From Flavobacterium sp. (GTDB lineage Bacteria > Bacteroidota > Bacteroidia > Flavobacteriales > Flavobacteriaceae), in assembly GCF_031363805.1 (NCBI RefSeq), contig NZ_JANLVD010000019.1, positions 2,050 through 66,049 of the forward strand: a stretch of 64,000 nucleotides of DNA, read 5' to 3'. The position numbers and the translations under genes were made by a program. The notes under the pieces are model-generated. The model was not told the origin of the DNA. It did not search any database and saw only the letters and a list, made by a program, of their open reading frames with translations. Positions 43,385 through 54,242 of the stretch are shown here, one piece after another. Positions within the stretch are counted from its first letter, which is position 1, and each line of letters begins with the position of its first letter.

Positions 43385-43579
43385 ATGTTAATTATACCAA
43401 TTAAAGACGGAGAAAATATCGATAGAGCATTAAAGCGCTATAAAAGAAAATTTGACAAAACTGGAGTTGTTCGTCAACTAAGAGCACGTCAAGCTTTCAT
43501 TAAGCCATCTGTAACCCACAGAGCTAAAATTCAAAAAGCTGCTTACGTTCAAAACATGAGAGAGAATTTAGAAAGTTAA
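43385..43579 (+). CDS. rpsU: 30S ribosomal protein bS21
   Basis: ENIDRALKRYKRK, FIKPSV, KAAY with Tyr54. Confidence 0.98.
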   Translation: MLIIPIKDGENIDRALKRYKRKFDKTGVVRQLRARQAFIKPSVTHRAKIQKAAYVQNMRENLES

Positions 43580-43695
43580 ATTTTAATTTTCTGTAAATAT
43601 AAATCGTTAGTTATTTAAGTTTCGTACTTTTATGCTAACGATTTCTTGTTTTTGCGAGGAGTTGCGAGAAACCAAGCAAAGCAATCTAATCCTTA

Positions 43696-44586
43696 ATGAA
43701 TCAACAAAAATTCCAAGATTATTTACTTCTCGAAAAAAACTATTCTAAGCTTACAGCATTAGCTTATGGTAAAGATTTGGATTTTTTCAAAAATTTCATA
43801 GAAGAACATTTTGCTAATGCCACACTTGAAGAGGTTTCTTATACTTTAATAAGAAGTTGGATAGTTTCTATGATCGATTCAAACATATCAAACACATCTG
43901 TAAACCGAAAAGTAGCTTCATTAAAAGCGTTTTACAAATTTCTATTAAAAACAAAACAAATAGAAGTAAATCCACTTAGTAAACACAAAGCATTAAAATC
44001 TCCCAAAAAAATTCAAATTCCCTTCTCTGAAGATGAAATAAATAAGGTTCTAAATCAATTACATTATAAAGAAGGATTCGAAGGACTTCGAGATAAACTC
44101 ATAATAGACTTATTTTACACAACAGGAATTAGAAGATCTGAACTTATTGCACTCCAAATTTTCAATGTAGATGTCTCAAATGGAACAATAAAAGTCATCG
44201 GAAAAAGAAATAAAGAAAGAATTATTCCAATATTGCCCATAATTCAAATTCAAATAAAATCCTATTTGTTTGAAAGAAAAGCGCTTCCAGTACTTTTGCA
44301 GCAAGATTTCTTTTTTTTATTGCAAAACGGAAATAAACTAAACGAAACATTTGTCTATCGATTAATTAATGACTACTTTAGTAATGTTTCCGAGAAAGTA
44401 AAAAAGAGTCCACATATGCTTAGACATACATTTGCAACTCACATGCTCAATCACGGTGCAGATTTAAATTCCATTAAAGAGTTATTAGGTCATTCAAGTC
44501 TTGCGTCAACTCAAGTTTATACTCATTCAAGTTTAGCTGAACTTAAAAATGTATATAAAAATTCGCATCCTAGAAACCAAAGATAA
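43696..44586 (+). CDS. xerC: XerC/XerD-family tyrosine recombinase
   Basis: TGIRRSEL, GKRNKERI, HMLRHTFATH, LLGHSSLASTQVY. The C versus D assignment is uncertain. Confidence 0.85.
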   Translation: MNQQKFQDYLLLEKNYSKLTALAYGKDLDFFKNFIEEHFANATLEEVSYTLIRSWIVSMIDSNISNTSVNRKVASLKAFYKFLLKTKQIEVNPLSKHKALKSPKKIQIPFSEDEINKVLNQLHYKEGFEGLRDKLIIDLFYTTGIRRSELIALQIFNVDVSNGTIKVIGKRNKERIIPILPIIQIQIKSYLFERKALPVLLQQDFFFLLQNGNKLNETFVYRLINDYFSNVSEKVKKSPHMLRHTFATHMLNHGADLNSIKELLGHSSLASTQVYTHSSLAELKNVYKNSHPRNQR

Positions 44587-44620
44587 TTCTTAAAACCATG
44601 TTTAACCAAAATTTCAAATT

Positions 44621-44923
44621 ATGAAGGTAAATGTTCACGCAGTCAACTTTAATGTAGACAAAAAACTGGTAGATTTTGTAGAAGAGAAAATGAAAAAATT
44701 AGAAAAATATTATGATAAAGTAGTTTCATCAGATGTTTTTTTAAAAGTCGAAAAAACAAGCGATAAGGAAAACAAAATTGTGGAAGCAAAAATAATAGTA
44801 CCTGGAGATGAGTTTATTGTAAAAAAACAATGCAAAACATTTGAAGAAGGCATAGAATTGTCCGCAGAATCATTAGAAAGATTATTGTTAAAAAGGAAAG
44901 AAAAACTCAGAACTCATATTTAA
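44621..44923 (+). CDS. hpf: Ribosome hibernation promoting factor (HPF/RaiA)
   Basis: MKVNVHAVNF, KMKKLEKYYD, LERLLLKRKEK. Confidence 0.9.
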   Translation: MKVNVHAVNFNVDKKLVDFVEEKMKKLEKYYDKVVSSDVFLKVEKTSDKENKIVEAKIIVPGDEFIVKKQCKTFEEGIELSAESLERLLLKRKEKLRTHI

Positions 44924-44944
44924 ATAATTTTTTATTAAAAAAGT

Positions 44945-44974
44945 TTTGATTAATAAATAAATTACATACATTTG
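44945..44974 (+). promoter_or_regulatory. tRNA-tuf operon promoter
   Basis: TTTG, 18 nt, TACATTTG. Confidence 0.75.
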
Positions 44975-44976
44975 CA

Positions 44977-45003
44977 GTCCGTTAGAAATAGCGGGCTTTT
45001 TTT
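44977..45003 (+). terminator. GNRA hairpin with U-tract (probably terminates xerC-hpf)
   Basis: GTCCGTTA-GAAA-TAGCGGGC followed by TTTTTTT. Confidence 0.65.
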
Positions 45004-45011
45004 ATTGAATT

Positions 45012-45085
45012 GCCAGCGTAGCTCAGTTGGCTAGAGCAGCTGATTTGTAATCAGCAGGTCGTGGGTTCGAGTCCCTCCGCCGGCT
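45012..45085 (+). tRNA. tRNA-Thr(TGT)
   Basis: Anticodon arm GCTGA-TTTGTAA-TCAGC; T-loop TTCGAGT. Confidence 0.95.
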
Positions 45086-45212
45086 CAAAAAATTGGAGAT
45101 TTCTGAATTTAGATTTTAGATTTCGATACGTTCATTAATAAAATGGTGTTTTAGTTTTTGAATTTTATTTTAGAGAAATCTAAATCCTAAATTCAAAAAT
45201 CTAAAATAAAAT

Positions 45213-45293
45213 GGGGAGATACTCAAGCGGCCAACGAGGGCAGACTGTAAATCTGCTGTGTGAACTTCGCAGGTTCGAATCCTGCTCTCCCCA
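45213..45293 (+). tRNA. tRNA-Tyr(GTA)
   Basis: Acceptor GGGGAGA/TCTCCCC, GCAGA-CTGTAAA-TCTGC, long variable arm. Confidence 0.97.
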
Positions 45294-45368
45294 CAAGAAT
45301 GATATTAGGTTTTAGAGTTTAGATTTTAAATCTAAATTCTTAAATCAGAAATCTAAAATCAAATCTCT

Positions 45369-45440
45369 GCCGACTTAGCTCAGGGGTAGAGTGCTTCCTT
45401 GGTAAGGAAGAGGTCACGGGTTCAATTCCCGTAGTTGGCT
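45369..45440 (+). tRNA. tRNA-Thr(GGT)
   Basis: CTTCC-TTGGTAA-GGAAG; T-loop TTCAATT. Confidence 0.97.
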
Positions 45441-45494
45441 CAAAATTGTAAAATTTGAACACTAATATATAATTAAGATTAAAAACTAAGTAAA

Positions 45495-46682
45495 ATGGCA
45501 AAAGAAACATTTAACCGTAACAAACCCCACTTAAACATAGGAACAATTGGGCACGTGGATCACGGAAAAACTACTTTGACTGCAGCAATCACAAAAGTAT
45601 TATCTGATGCTGGTTACTGTCAAGCAAAATCGTTTGATCAAATTGACAACGCTCCAGAAGAGAAAGAAAGAGGTATTACTATTAATACATCTCACGTTGA
45701 GTATGAAACTGCTAACCGTCACTACGCACACGTTGACTGTCCTGGTCACGCGGATTACGTAAAAAACATGGTTACAGGTGCGGCTCAAATGGACGGTGCA
45801 ATATTAGTTGTAGCTGCTACAGATGGACCAATGCCACAAACTCGTGAGCACATCCTTTTAGGCCGCCAAGTAGGTATTCCTAGAATGGTAGTATTCATGA
45901 ACAAAGTGGATATGGTTGATGACGAAGAATTGTTAGAATTAGTTGAGATGGAAATCAGAGACTTATTATCTTTCTACGAATATGATGGAGATAATGGACC
46001 AGTTATTCAAGGTTCTGCTCTTGGTGGATTAAATAATGATCCAGCTTGGACTCCAAAAATTCTTGAATTGATGGAAGCGGTAGACTCTTGGATTGAAGAG
46101 CCAGTTCGTGATATTGCAAAACCATTCTTGATGCCAGTTGAAGATTCATTTACAATTACTGGTCGTGGAACTGTTGCTACAGGTCGTATCGAAACAGGAA
46201 TTGCAAATACTGGAGACGCTGTTGAAATCATTGGTATGGGAGCTGAAAAATTAACTTCTACTATTACAGGAGTTGAAATGTTCCGTAAAATCTTGGATAG
46301 AGGTGAAGCAGGAGACAACGTAGGTTTGTTGTTAAGAGGTATTGATAAAGCTGATATCAAAAGAGGTATGGTTATTATTAAGCCAGGATCGGTAAAACCA
46401 CACGCTAAATTTAAAGCTGAAGTTTATATCTTGAAAAAAGAAGAAGGTGGTCGTCACACACCATTCCATAACAACTATCGTCCACAGTTCTACGTACGTA
46501 CAACTGACGTAACAGGAGTAATCATGTTGCCTACAGGAGTTGAAATGGTTATGCCAGGTGACAACTTAACTATCGATGTAACTTTGTTAAGCCCAATCGC
46601 AATGAGCGTTGGATTACGTTTCGCTATCCGTGAGGGTGGTAGAACAGTAGGTGCTGGTCAAGTTACTGAAATAACTGAATAA
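45495..46682 (+). CDS. tuf: Elongation factor Tu
   Basis: [25 protein letters not shown]. Confidence 0.99.
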   Translation: MAKETFNRNKPHLNIGTIGHVDHGKTTLTAAITKVLSDAGYCQAKSFDQIDNAPEEKERGITINTSHVEYETANRHYAHVDCPGHADYVKNMVTGAAQMDGAILVVAATDGPMPQTREHILLGRQVGIPRMVVFMNKVDMVDDEELLELVEMEIRDLLSFYEYDGDNGPVIQGSALGGLNNDPAWTPKILELMEAVDSWIEEPVRDIAKPFLMPVEDSFTITGRGTVATGRIETGIANTGDAVEIIGMGAEKLTSTITGVEMFRKILDRGEAGDNVGLLLRGIDKADIKRGMVIIKPGSVKPHAKFKAEVYILKKEEGGRHTPFHNNYRPQFYVRTTDVTGVIMLPTGVEMVMPGDNLTIDVTLLSPIAMSVGLRFAIREGGRTVGAGQVTEITE

Positions 46683-46704
46683 ATATATTTCAAATAAATA
46701 AAAC

Positions 46705-46737
46705 CCAGTTCCGATAATTTTCGGAACTGGTTTTTTT
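46705..46737 (+). terminator. tuf terminator
   Basis: CCAGTTCCGA-TAATTT-TCGGAACTGG followed by T7. Confidence 0.9.
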
Positions 46738-46742
46738 AACAA

Positions 46743-46813
46743 ACGGGCGTAGTTCAAGGGTAGAATAGCGGTCTCCAAAACCGTTGATGGGGGTTCGAAT
46801 CCCTCCGCCCGTG
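46743..46813 (+). tRNA. tRNA-Trp(CCA)
   Basis: Acceptor ACGGGCG/CGCCCGT; anticodon loop CTCCAAA. Confidence 0.97.
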
Positions 46814-46828
46814 CAAAAATAAATTAGA

Positions 46829-47026
46829 ATGACTAAAGTTGTTAATTACATATCAGAAGCTTTCGAGGAATTAAAATCAAACGTTTCATGGCCAGCATGG
46901 GAAGAAGTGCAAAAACTTACTATAGTTGTTGCTATATTTTCTGTAATATTTGCCCTTGCTACGTGGGGTGTCGATACACTTTTTGCCAAATCAATTGGCG
47001 GATTTTTCAACTGGATAAAATCTTAA
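46829..47026 (+). CDS. secE: Preprotein translocase SecE
   Basis: ELKSNVSWP motif plus one TM; precedes nusG. Confidence 0.95.
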   Translation: MTKVVNYISEAFEELKSNVSWPAWEEVQKLTIVVAIFSVIFALATWGVDTLFAKSIGGFFNWIKS

Positions 47027-47036
47027 ATATTTTATC

Positions 47037-47588
47037 ATGGCAGATGTAAATGTAAAAAAATGGTACGTTGTGAGAGCTGTTAGTGGACAGGAAAACAAGG
47101 TAAAAGCTTATATAGAAACTGAAATTGCTAGATTAGGTCTATCTGATTATGTTTCTCAAGTGCTTGTTCCTACTGAGAAAGTTGTAACAGTTCGTGATGG
47201 AAAAAAAATCGTAAAAGATAAGGTTTACTTTTCTGGATACGTGATGATTGAAGCCAATTTGGCTGGAGAAATTCCCCACATCATTAAATCAATAACAAGT
47301 GTAATTGGTTTTTTAGGTGAAGTTAAAGGTGGAGATCCTGTACCTTTGAGAATGTCTGAAGTTAACAGAATGCTCGGAAAAGTGGATGAGTTGGCAGTAA
47401 CTACAGATCATGGTTCGATTCCTTTTACAATCGGAGAAACTATTAAAGTGACTGATGGTCCATTTAATGGTTTTAACGGAACTGTTGAAAAAATCAATGA
47501 AGAAAAACGTAAGCTTGAAGTAATGGTGAAGATTTTCGGAAGAAAAACTCCATTAGAATTAAGTTTCATGCAAGTGGAAAAGGTTTAA
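47037..47588 (+). CDS. nusG: Transcription factor NusG
   Basis: WYVVRAVSGQE, KOW DGPFNGFNG, IFGRKTPLEL. Confidence 0.99.
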   Translation: MADVNVKKWYVVRAVSGQENKVKAYIETEIARLGLSDYVSQVLVPTEKVVTVRDGKKIVKDKVYFSGYVMIEANLAGEIPHIIKSITSVIGFLGEVKGGDPVPLRMSEVNRMLGKVDELAVTTDHGSIPFTIGETIKVTDGPFNGFNGTVEKINEEKRKLEVMVKIFGRKTPLELSFMQVEKV

Positions 47589-47704
47589 ATTTTCTGACGT
47601 TGACATTCGACATCAAGATATTTGACATTAAAAAAAAGTATAATTTTTGTTACATATATAAACCCGCATTAATCGCTTCCACGATTAAAGCAAAATTTTA
47701 AAAA

Positions 47705-48148
47705 ATGGCTAAAGAAGTTAGTAAAGTAGTTAAACTACAAGTTAAGGGAGGTGCTGCGAATCCGTCGCCACCGGTTGGACCTGCTTTGGGAGCTGCTGGA
47801 GTTAACATCATGGAATTCTGTAAGCAGTTTAATGCTAGAACCCAAGATAAATCCGGCAAAATATGTCCAGTGCAAATCACTGTATATAAAGACAAATCAT
47901 TTGATTTTGTCGTAAAAACTCCACCAGCTGCAGTCCAATTAATGGAAGCTGCAAAATTGAAATCTGGTTCAGGTGAGCCTAATCGTAAAAAAGTAGCTTC
48001 GGTTACTTGGGATGTGATTAAGGCAATTGCTGAAGATAAGATGGCTGATTTGAACGCATTCACAATGGAATCTGCAATGAGTATGATCGCAGGAACGGCT
48101 AGATCTATGGGTATAACTGTAACTGGAGATTCTCCTCTAAAAAATTAG
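47705..48148 (+). CDS. rplK: 50S ribosomal protein uL11
   Basis: [17 protein letters not shown]. Confidence 0.99.
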   Translation: MAKEVSKVVKLQVKGGAANPSPPVGPALGAAGVNIMEFCKQFNARTQDKSGKICPVQITVYKDKSFDFVVKTPPAAVQLMEAAKLKSGSGEPNRKKVASVTWDVIKAIAEDKMADLNAFTMESAMSMIAGTARSMGITVTGDSPLKN

Positions 48149-48150
48149 AT

Positions 48151-48840
48151 ATGGCAAAATTGACAAAAAAGCAAAAAGAAGCTGTCTCGAAAATTGAAAA
48201 GAATAAATTATATTCTTTAAAAGATGCTTCAATATTAATCAAACAAATTGCTTCTGCAAAGTTTGATGAATCAGTTGATATCGCTGTAAAACTAGGAGTA
48301 GATCCAAGAAAAGCAAATCAAATGGTTAGAGGTGTGGTTGCATTGCCACACGGAACAGGTAAAAACATGAGAGTTTTAGCATTAGTTACTCCAGATAAGG
48401 AAGCTGAAGCTAAAGAAGCGGGAGCAGATCATGTTGGATTAGACGATTATTTACAAAAAATAAAAGATGGTTGGACAGATGTTGACGTTATCGTTACTAT
48501 GCCTGCTGTTATGGGTAAATTAGGTCCATTAGGTCGTATATTGGGACCACGTGGTTTAATGCCAAACCCTAAAACTGGTACTGTTACTATGGAAATTGGT
48601 AAAGCTGTAGCAGAAATTAAAGCGGGTAAAATCGACTTTAAAGTAGATAAAACTGGTATCGTTCACGCAGGAATTGGAAAAGTATCTTTCGATGCTGATA
48701 AAATTACTGAAAACGCACACGAAATCATTCAAACATTAATTAAATTAAAGCCAACTGCTGCAAAAGGTACTTACATCAAGTCTATTCACTTGACAAGCAC
48801 CATGAGTCCAGCTATTGCTTTAGATCCTAAAGCTGTATAA
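48151..48840 (+). CDS. rplA: 50S ribosomal protein uL1
   Basis: [18 protein letters not shown]. Confidence 0.99.
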   Translation: MAKLTKKQKEAVSKIEKNKLYSLKDASILIKQIASAKFDESVDIAVKLGVDPRKANQMVRGVVALPHGTGKNMRVLALVTPDKEAEAKEAGADHVGLDDYLQKIKDGWTDVDVIVTMPAVMGKLGPLGRILGPRGLMPNPKTGTVTMEIGKAVAEIKAGKIDFKVDKTGIVHAGIGKVSFDADKITENAHEIIQTLIKLKPTAAKGTYIKSIHLTSTMSPAIALDPKAV

Positions 48841-48845
48841 TTGAT

Positions 48846-49346
48846 ATGACAAGAGAAGAAAAATCAATCGCTATTGGAGATTTAACTGCACAGTTAGCTG
48901 GTACAAACATTTTATATGTAGCAGATATTTCTGGATTAAATGCAGAAACTACTTCAAACCTAAGAAGAGCTTGTTTTAAAGCAGGTATCAAATTAGAAGT
49001 TGTAAAAAATACATTGCTTGTTAAAGCAATGGAAGCATCTGATAAAAACTTTGGTGATCTACCATTGACTTTAAAAGGAAATTCTTCAATATTTATTGCA
49101 GATGTGGCCAATGGTCCTGCAAAAATTATCAAAGATTTCCGTAAAAAATCAGACAAACCTCTTTTAAAAGGAGCTTACATTAATGATGAAGTTTATATTG
49201 GTGACAATTTACTTGATTCATTAGTAAACCTTAAATCTAGAGACGAAGTTATTGGAGAAATCATTGGATTACTTCAATCTCCTGCCAAACGCGTGATTGC
49301 TGCATTATTAAACCATGCAGAATCAAAAGGCGAAACAGCAGAATAA
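48846..49346 (+). CDS. rplJ: 50S ribosomal protein uL10
   Basis: VVKNTL; position between rplA and rplL. Confidence 0.98.
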   Translation: MTREEKSIAIGDLTAQLAGTNILYVADISGLNAETTSNLRRACFKAGIKLEVVKNTLLVKAMEASDKNFGDLPLTLKGNSSIFIADVANGPAKIIKDFRKKSDKPLLKGAYINDEVYIGDNLLDSLVNLKSRDEVIGEIIGLLQSPAKRVIAALLNHAESKGETAE

Positions 49347-49401
49347 TCAAGCGCACAATAAATTATAATAAATTACAAATCATTTTAAAAAGATAGAAAA
49401 A

Positions 49402-49773
49402 ATGGCAGATTTGAAACAATTCGCAGAACAATTAGTTAACTTGACAGTTAAAGAAGTTAATGATTTAGCTACAATATTAAAAGATGAATACGGTATCGAA
49501 CCAGCAGCTGCAGCTGTTGTAATGTCATCTGGTGGTGGAGACGCCGCTGCTGTTGAAGAGCAAACAGAATTTACAGTTGTATTAAAAGAAGCTGGTGCTT
49601 CTAAATTGGCTGTAGTAAAAGCGGTTAAAGAACTAACAGGTTTAGGTCTTAAAGAAGCTAAAGATTTAGTTGATGCTGCACCATCTAACATTAAAGAAGG
49701 TGTTTCTAAAGATGAGGCTGAAGGTCTTAAAAAATCTTTAGAAGAAGCAGGAGCTGTTGTTGAGCTTAAATAG
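49402..49773 (+). CDS. rplL: 50S ribosomal protein bL12
   Basis: [20 protein letters not shown]. Confidence 0.99.
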   Translation: MADLKQFAEQLVNLTVKEVNDLATILKDEYGIEPAAAAVVMSSGGGDAAAVEEQTEFTVVLKEAGASKLAVVKAVKELTGLGLKEAKDLVDAAPSNIKEGVSKDEAEGLKKSLEEAGAVVELK

Positions 49774-49794
49774 TCCAACATAGTTTTTGAAACA

Positions 49795-49838
49795 GGTTTA
49801 GGTCTTGGGTATTATGTCCAATGACCTAAACCATTTTT
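49795..49838 (+). terminator. Terminator/attenuator hairpin between rplL and rpoB
   Basis: GGTTTAGGTC...GACCTAAACC followed by ATTTTT. Confidence 0.7.
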
Positions 49839-50014
49839 CGTATAATAAAATTATATTTAATTTACGAAAAAATTTTAATCAGTACGAAGAAAAAAATCAA
49901 CTAAATTTTCCTGGTTTATTTTTAAAGATGTATTGTTTTAAAAAGGAAAAGTACAAATTATACAGTGTTTTATACACAAAAATTACTTTTTTTTAATCAA
50001 AATTTTGTCCATTG

Positions 50015-53000
50015 ATGATAACAAATCAGACTGATAGATTGAATTTTGCCTCAACAAAAAATATCCCGAATTACCCAGATTTTCTGGATGTTCAGGTTAA
50101 ATCTTTTCAAGATTTTTTCCAATTGGAAACCAAATCTGATGAGAGAGGCAACGAAGGGCTTTACAATACCTTCATGGAAAATTTTCCAATTACCGATACT
50201 AGAAATAATTTCGTACTGGAATTCCTTGACTATTTTGTAGATCCGCCACGTTATACAATTCAAGAATGTATAGAGAGAGGTTTAACATATAGTGTGCCAT
50301 TAAAAGCACGTCTAAAACTATATTGTACAGACCCAGAACATGAAGATTTTGAAACTATAGTACAAGATGTATATCTTGGAACTATTCCATACATGACACC
50401 AAGCGGAACTTTCGTTATCAATGGTGCCGAACGTGTGGTTGTTTCTCAATTACACAGATCACCAGGTGTTTTCTTCGGACAATCATTCCATGCGAATGGA
50501 ACCAAATTATATTCTGCCCGTGTAATTCCTTTTAAAGGATCATGGATAGAATTTGCTACTGATATCAATAGCGTAATGTACGCTTATATCGATAGAAAGA
50601 AAAAACTACCAGTTACCACTTTATTCCGTGCTATTGGATTCGAAAGAGACAAGGATATCCTTGAAATTTTCGATCTTGCCGAAGAAATTAAAGTGTCGAA
50701 ATCTGGACTAAAAAAATACGTAGGTAGAAAATTAGCGGCACGTGTATTAAATACTTGGCATGAAGACTTCGTTGATGAAGATACTGGCGAAGTAGTTTCT
50801 ATCGAAAGAAACGAAATTATTTTAGATCGTGATACGATTTTAGATAAAGATAATGTAGAAGAAATTGTAGAATCTAACGTAAAATCTATCTTATTACACA
50901 AGGAAGATAATAATGTTGTAGATTATTCAATCATTCACAATACATTACAAAAAGATCCAACTAACTCTGAAAAAGAAGCCGTTGAGCATATCTACAGACA
51001 ATTGCGTAATGCAGAACCGCCTGATGAAGAAACTGCTCGTGGTATTATAGATAAATTATTCTTTTCTGACCAACGTTATAACTTAGGTGAAGTTGGTCGT
51101 TATAGAATGAACAAAAAACTTGGTTTGGATATCCCAATGGAAAAGCAAGTGCTTTCCAAAGAAGATATTATTACCATCGTTAAATATTTGATTGAATTAA
51201 TCAACTCAAAAGCTGAGATTGATGATATTGATCACTTATCAAATCGTCGTGTTCGTACAGTTGGAGAACAATTGTCGCAACAATTTGGTGTAGGTTTGGC
51301 ACGTATGGCCAGAACTATTCGTGAGAGAATGAACGTTAGAGACAACGAGGTGTTTACACCAATCGATTTGATTAATGCAAAAACATTATCATCGGTTATC
51401 AACTCTTTCTTTGGTACGAACCAGTTGTCTCAATTTATGGATCAAACCAATCCATTGGCTGAAATAACACACAAGCGTAGGTTATCAGCTCTAGGGCCAG
51501 GTGGTCTTTCTCGTGAAAGAGCCGGTTTTGAGGTGCGTGACGTTCACTATACACACTACGGAAGACTTTGTCCGATTGAAACTCCTGAAGGACCAAATAT
51601 TGGATTGATTTCATCTCTTGGTGTTTACGCAAAAGTAAACGGAATGGGTTTCATCGAAACTCCTTACCGAAAAGTAACCAATGGTGTTGTAGATTTAACT
51701 TCTACTCCAGTTTATTTAAGCGCAGAAGAGGAAGAAGGTCAATTAATTGCACAAGCAAACATTAAAATGGATGCTTCTGGAAAAATTACTGCTGAAAATG
51801 TTATTGCCCGTCAAGAAGGCGATTTCCCAGTAGTTGATCCATCAGCTGTTCATTATACTGATGTCGCTCCAAATCAAATTGCTTCAATTTCTGCTTCACT
51901 TATTCCTTTCTTGGAACATGATGATGCGAATAGAGCGTTGATGGGATCCAACATGATGCGTCAAGCCGTTCCATTATTACGTCCAGAAGCACCAATTGTT
52001 GGTACAGGATTGGAGCGCCAAGTAGCTTCAGATTCTAGAGTATTGATTAATGCGGAAGGAACTGGAGTGGTAGAATATGTTGATGCCAATATGATTACCA
52101 TTAAATACGACAGAACTGATGCCGAAAGAGCGGTAAGTTTTGAATCTGATGAGAAATCATACCAATTAATTAAATTTAGAAAAACGAATCAAAGTACGTC
52201 TATCAACTTAAAACCTATCGTAAGAAAAGGTGACAAAGTAATAAAAGGACAAGTACTTTGTGAAGGATATGCAACGCAAAACGGAGAGTTAGCATTAGGT
52301 CGTAACCTAAAAGTAGCTTTTATGCCTTGGAAAGGGTATAACTTCGAGGATGCAATTGTAATTTCTGAAAAAGTAGTTCGTGATGATATTTTCACCTCTA
52401 TTCACGTAGATGATTATTCATTGGAAGTGAGAGATACAAAATTAGGAAACGAAGAGTTGACTAATGATATTCCGAACGTTTCTGAAGAAGCTACCAAAGA
52501 TTTGGATGAAAACGGAATGATTAGAATTGGTGCCGAAGTTAAACCTGGCGATATTCTAATCGGAAAAATTACACCAAAAGGAGAATCAGATCCAACTCCT
52601 GAAGAGAAACTTTTACGTGCAATCTTTGGAGATAAAGCTGGTGATGTGAAAGATGCTTCATTAAAGGCATCACCATCACTTCACGGTGTTGTTTTAGATA
52701 AAAAATTGTTCGCAAGAGCAGTAAAAGATAAGCGAAAACGTACGCAAGATAAAGATGCTTTAACTGAATTGGAAACTGAATTTGAAACTAAATTTGTTGA
52801 ATTGAAAGACAAATTGGTTGAAAAATTATTCGCCATTGTAAACGGGAAAACATCGCAAGGTGTTATGAACGATTTGGGTGAAGAAGTGTTGCCAAAAGGT
52901 AAAAAGTATACTCAAAAAATGTTGTATGCTGTTGAAGATTTTGCACACTTGTCTAAAGGACAATGGGTTGCAGACGATGAAACTAATAATATGGTGAATG

Positions 53001-53827
53001 ATTTAATTCACAACTATAAAATTAAGTTAAACGATCTTCAAGGATCATTACGTCGTGAGAAATTTACAATTACTGTTGGTGATGAGTTACCAGCTGGAAT
53101 TTTGAAACTTGCCAAAGTATATATTGCCAAAAAACGTAAGTTAAAAGTGGGTGATAAAATGGCGGGACGTCACGGAAACAAAGGAATCGTTGCACGTATT
53201 GTACGTCACGAAGACATGCCTTTCCTTGAAGACGGAACACCTGTAGATATCGTATTGAATCCACTTGGAGTACCTTCCCGTATGAACATTGGTCAAATTT
53301 ATGAAACTGTTCTTGGATGGGCTGGACAAAACTTGGGACGCAAATATGCAACACCAATTTTTGACGGAGCATCATTAGATCAAATCAACGAAATTACCGA
53401 TGAAGCTGGAGTACCACGTTTCGGTCACACCTATCTTTATGATGGTGGTACAGGAGAACGTTTCCACCAAGCAGCAACTGTTGGAGTAATCTACATGTTG
53501 AAACTTGGGCATATGGTCGATGATAAAATGCACGCACGTTCAATCGGTCCGTACTCATTAATTACGCAACAACCATTGGGTGGTAAAGCACAATTTGGAG
53601 GTCAACGTTTTGGAGAGATGGAAGTTTGGGCACTGGAAGCTTATGGAGCATCTTCTACTTTGAGAGAAATTTTAACAGTAAAATCTGATGATGTTATTGG
53701 TAGAGCCAAAACTTACGAAGCAATCGTAAAAGGTGAATCAATGCCAGAACCTGGATTGCCAGAATCGTTCAACGTATTAATGCACGAATTGAAAGGTTTA
53801 GGTTTAGACATTCGTTTAGAAGAATAA
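50015..53827 (+). CDS. rpoB: RNA polymerase beta subunit
   Basis: [47 protein letters not shown]. Confidence 0.99.
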   Translation: MITNQTDRLNFASTKNIPNYPDFLDVQVKSFQDFFQLETKSDERGNEGLYNTFMENFPITDTRNNFVLEFLDYFVDPPRYTIQECIERGLTYSVPLKARLKLYCTDPEHEDFETIVQDVYLGTIPYMTPSGTFVINGAERVVVSQLHRSPGVFFGQSFHANGTKLYSARVIPFKGSWIEFATDINSVMYAYIDRKKKLPVTTLFRAIGFERDKDILEIFDLAEEIKVSKSGLKKYVGRKLAARVLNTWHEDFVDEDTGEVVSIERNEIILDRDTILDKDNVEEIVESNVKSILLHKEDNNVVDYSIIHNTLQKDPTNSEKEAVEHIYRQLRNAEPPDEETARGIIDKLFFSDQRYNLGEVGRYRMNKKLGLDIPMEKQVLSKEDIITIVKYLIELINSKAEIDDIDHLSNRRVRTVGEQLSQQFGVGLARMARTIRERMNVRDNEVFTPIDLINAKTLSSVINSFFGTNQLSQFMDQTNPLAEITHKRRLSALGPGGLSRERAGFEVRDVHYTHYGRLCPIETPEGPNIGLISSLGVYAKVNGMGFIETPYRKVTNGVVDLTSTPVYLSAEEEEGQLIAQANIKMDASGKITAENVIARQEGDFPVVDPSAVHYTDVAPNQIASISASLIPFLEHDDANRALMGSNMMRQAVPLLRPEAPIVGTGLERQVASDSRVLINAEGTGVVEYVDANMITIKYDRTDAERAVSFESDEKSYQLIKFRKTNQSTSINLKPIVRKGDKVIKGQVLCEGYATQNGELALGRNLKVAFMPWKGYNFEDAIVISEKVVRDDIFTSIHVDDYSLEVRDTKLGNEELTNDIPNVSEEATKDLDENGMIRIGAEVKPGDILIGKITPKGESDPTPEEKLLRAIFGDKAGDVKDASLKASPSLHGVVLDKKLFARAVKDKRKRTQDKDALTELETEFETKFVELKDKLVEKLFAIVNGKTSQGVMNDLGEEVLPKGKKYTQKMLYAVEDFAHLSKGQWVADDETNNMVNDLIHNYKIKLNDLQGSLRREKFTITVGDELPAGILKLAKVYIAKKRKLKVGDKMAGRHGNKGIVARIVRHEDMPFLEDGTPVDIVLNPLGVPSRMNIGQIYETVLGWAGQNLGRKYATPIFDGASLDQINEITDEAGVPRFGHTYLYDGGTGERFHQAATVGVIYMLKLGHMVDDKMHARSIGPYSLITQQPLGGKAQFGGQRFGEMEVWALEAYGASSTLREILTVKSDDVIGRAKTYEAIVKGESMPEPGLPESFNVLMHELKGLGLDIRLEE

Positions 53828-53840
53828 TTATTATCTGTAG

Positions 53841-53903
53841 AACCGTTGCACTGCAACGGTTTTGCAAATATTTTTTTACAACGGTTTTGCAAATATTTTT
53901 TTA
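53841..53903 (+). repeat. Hairpin plus an exact 25-bp tandem duplication after rpoB
   Basis: AACCGTTGCA-C-TGCAACGGTT; CAACGGTTTTGCAAATATTTTTTTA twice (53854-53878, 53879-53903). Confidence 0.75.
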
Positions 53904-54056
53904 TAAAGTTTTTAAGATTTAGACCCGTAAAACGTTCCGATTTTTTACAATCAAACACGTTACAGTGTAACGTCTTTACGTAATTAGCACTTCAAGTATT
54001 TGATTTGAAGTTTAGAGAAGTAACCCGAGGTAAATAATTTAAAATAATGTTTTTTC

Positions 54057-54142
54057 AGGAGCCAATCCCGCTATCCGCTTCAATCTTTTTTCATTCGCCG
54101 AAAAGGCTCATTAAAAAAGGATTTCCGCTACTATCGGGGCTA
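54057..54142 (+). repeat. Modular REP-like element, copy 4 (minimal form)
   Basis: AGGAGCCAATCCCGCTATCCGCTTCAATCTTTTT...AAAAAAGGATTTCCGCTACTATCGGGGCTA. Confidence 0.7.
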
Positions 54143-54242
54143 AAAAGACCAACATTTTAATTCAGTATTATATTTCTGAAATTAAATTAGTAATCTTCCA
54201 TCTGAATTTTTTTTAATTGTACATAAATCAATAGTAAAAACT

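Noticed and set aside
45012-45085. tRNA-Thr(TGT) as a pseudogene (A-C pair in the acceptor stem, T-T in the T-stem)
   Set aside because: All other elements are canonical and such mismatches are tolerated, so there is not enough evidence for loss of function.
43696-45440. Tyrosine recombinase near tRNA genes as a prophage or ICE integrase
   Set aside because: It has XerC/D size and motifs, is embedded in rpsU-xer-hpf-tRNA-tuf housekeeping order, and there are no att repeats or phage/conjugation genes.
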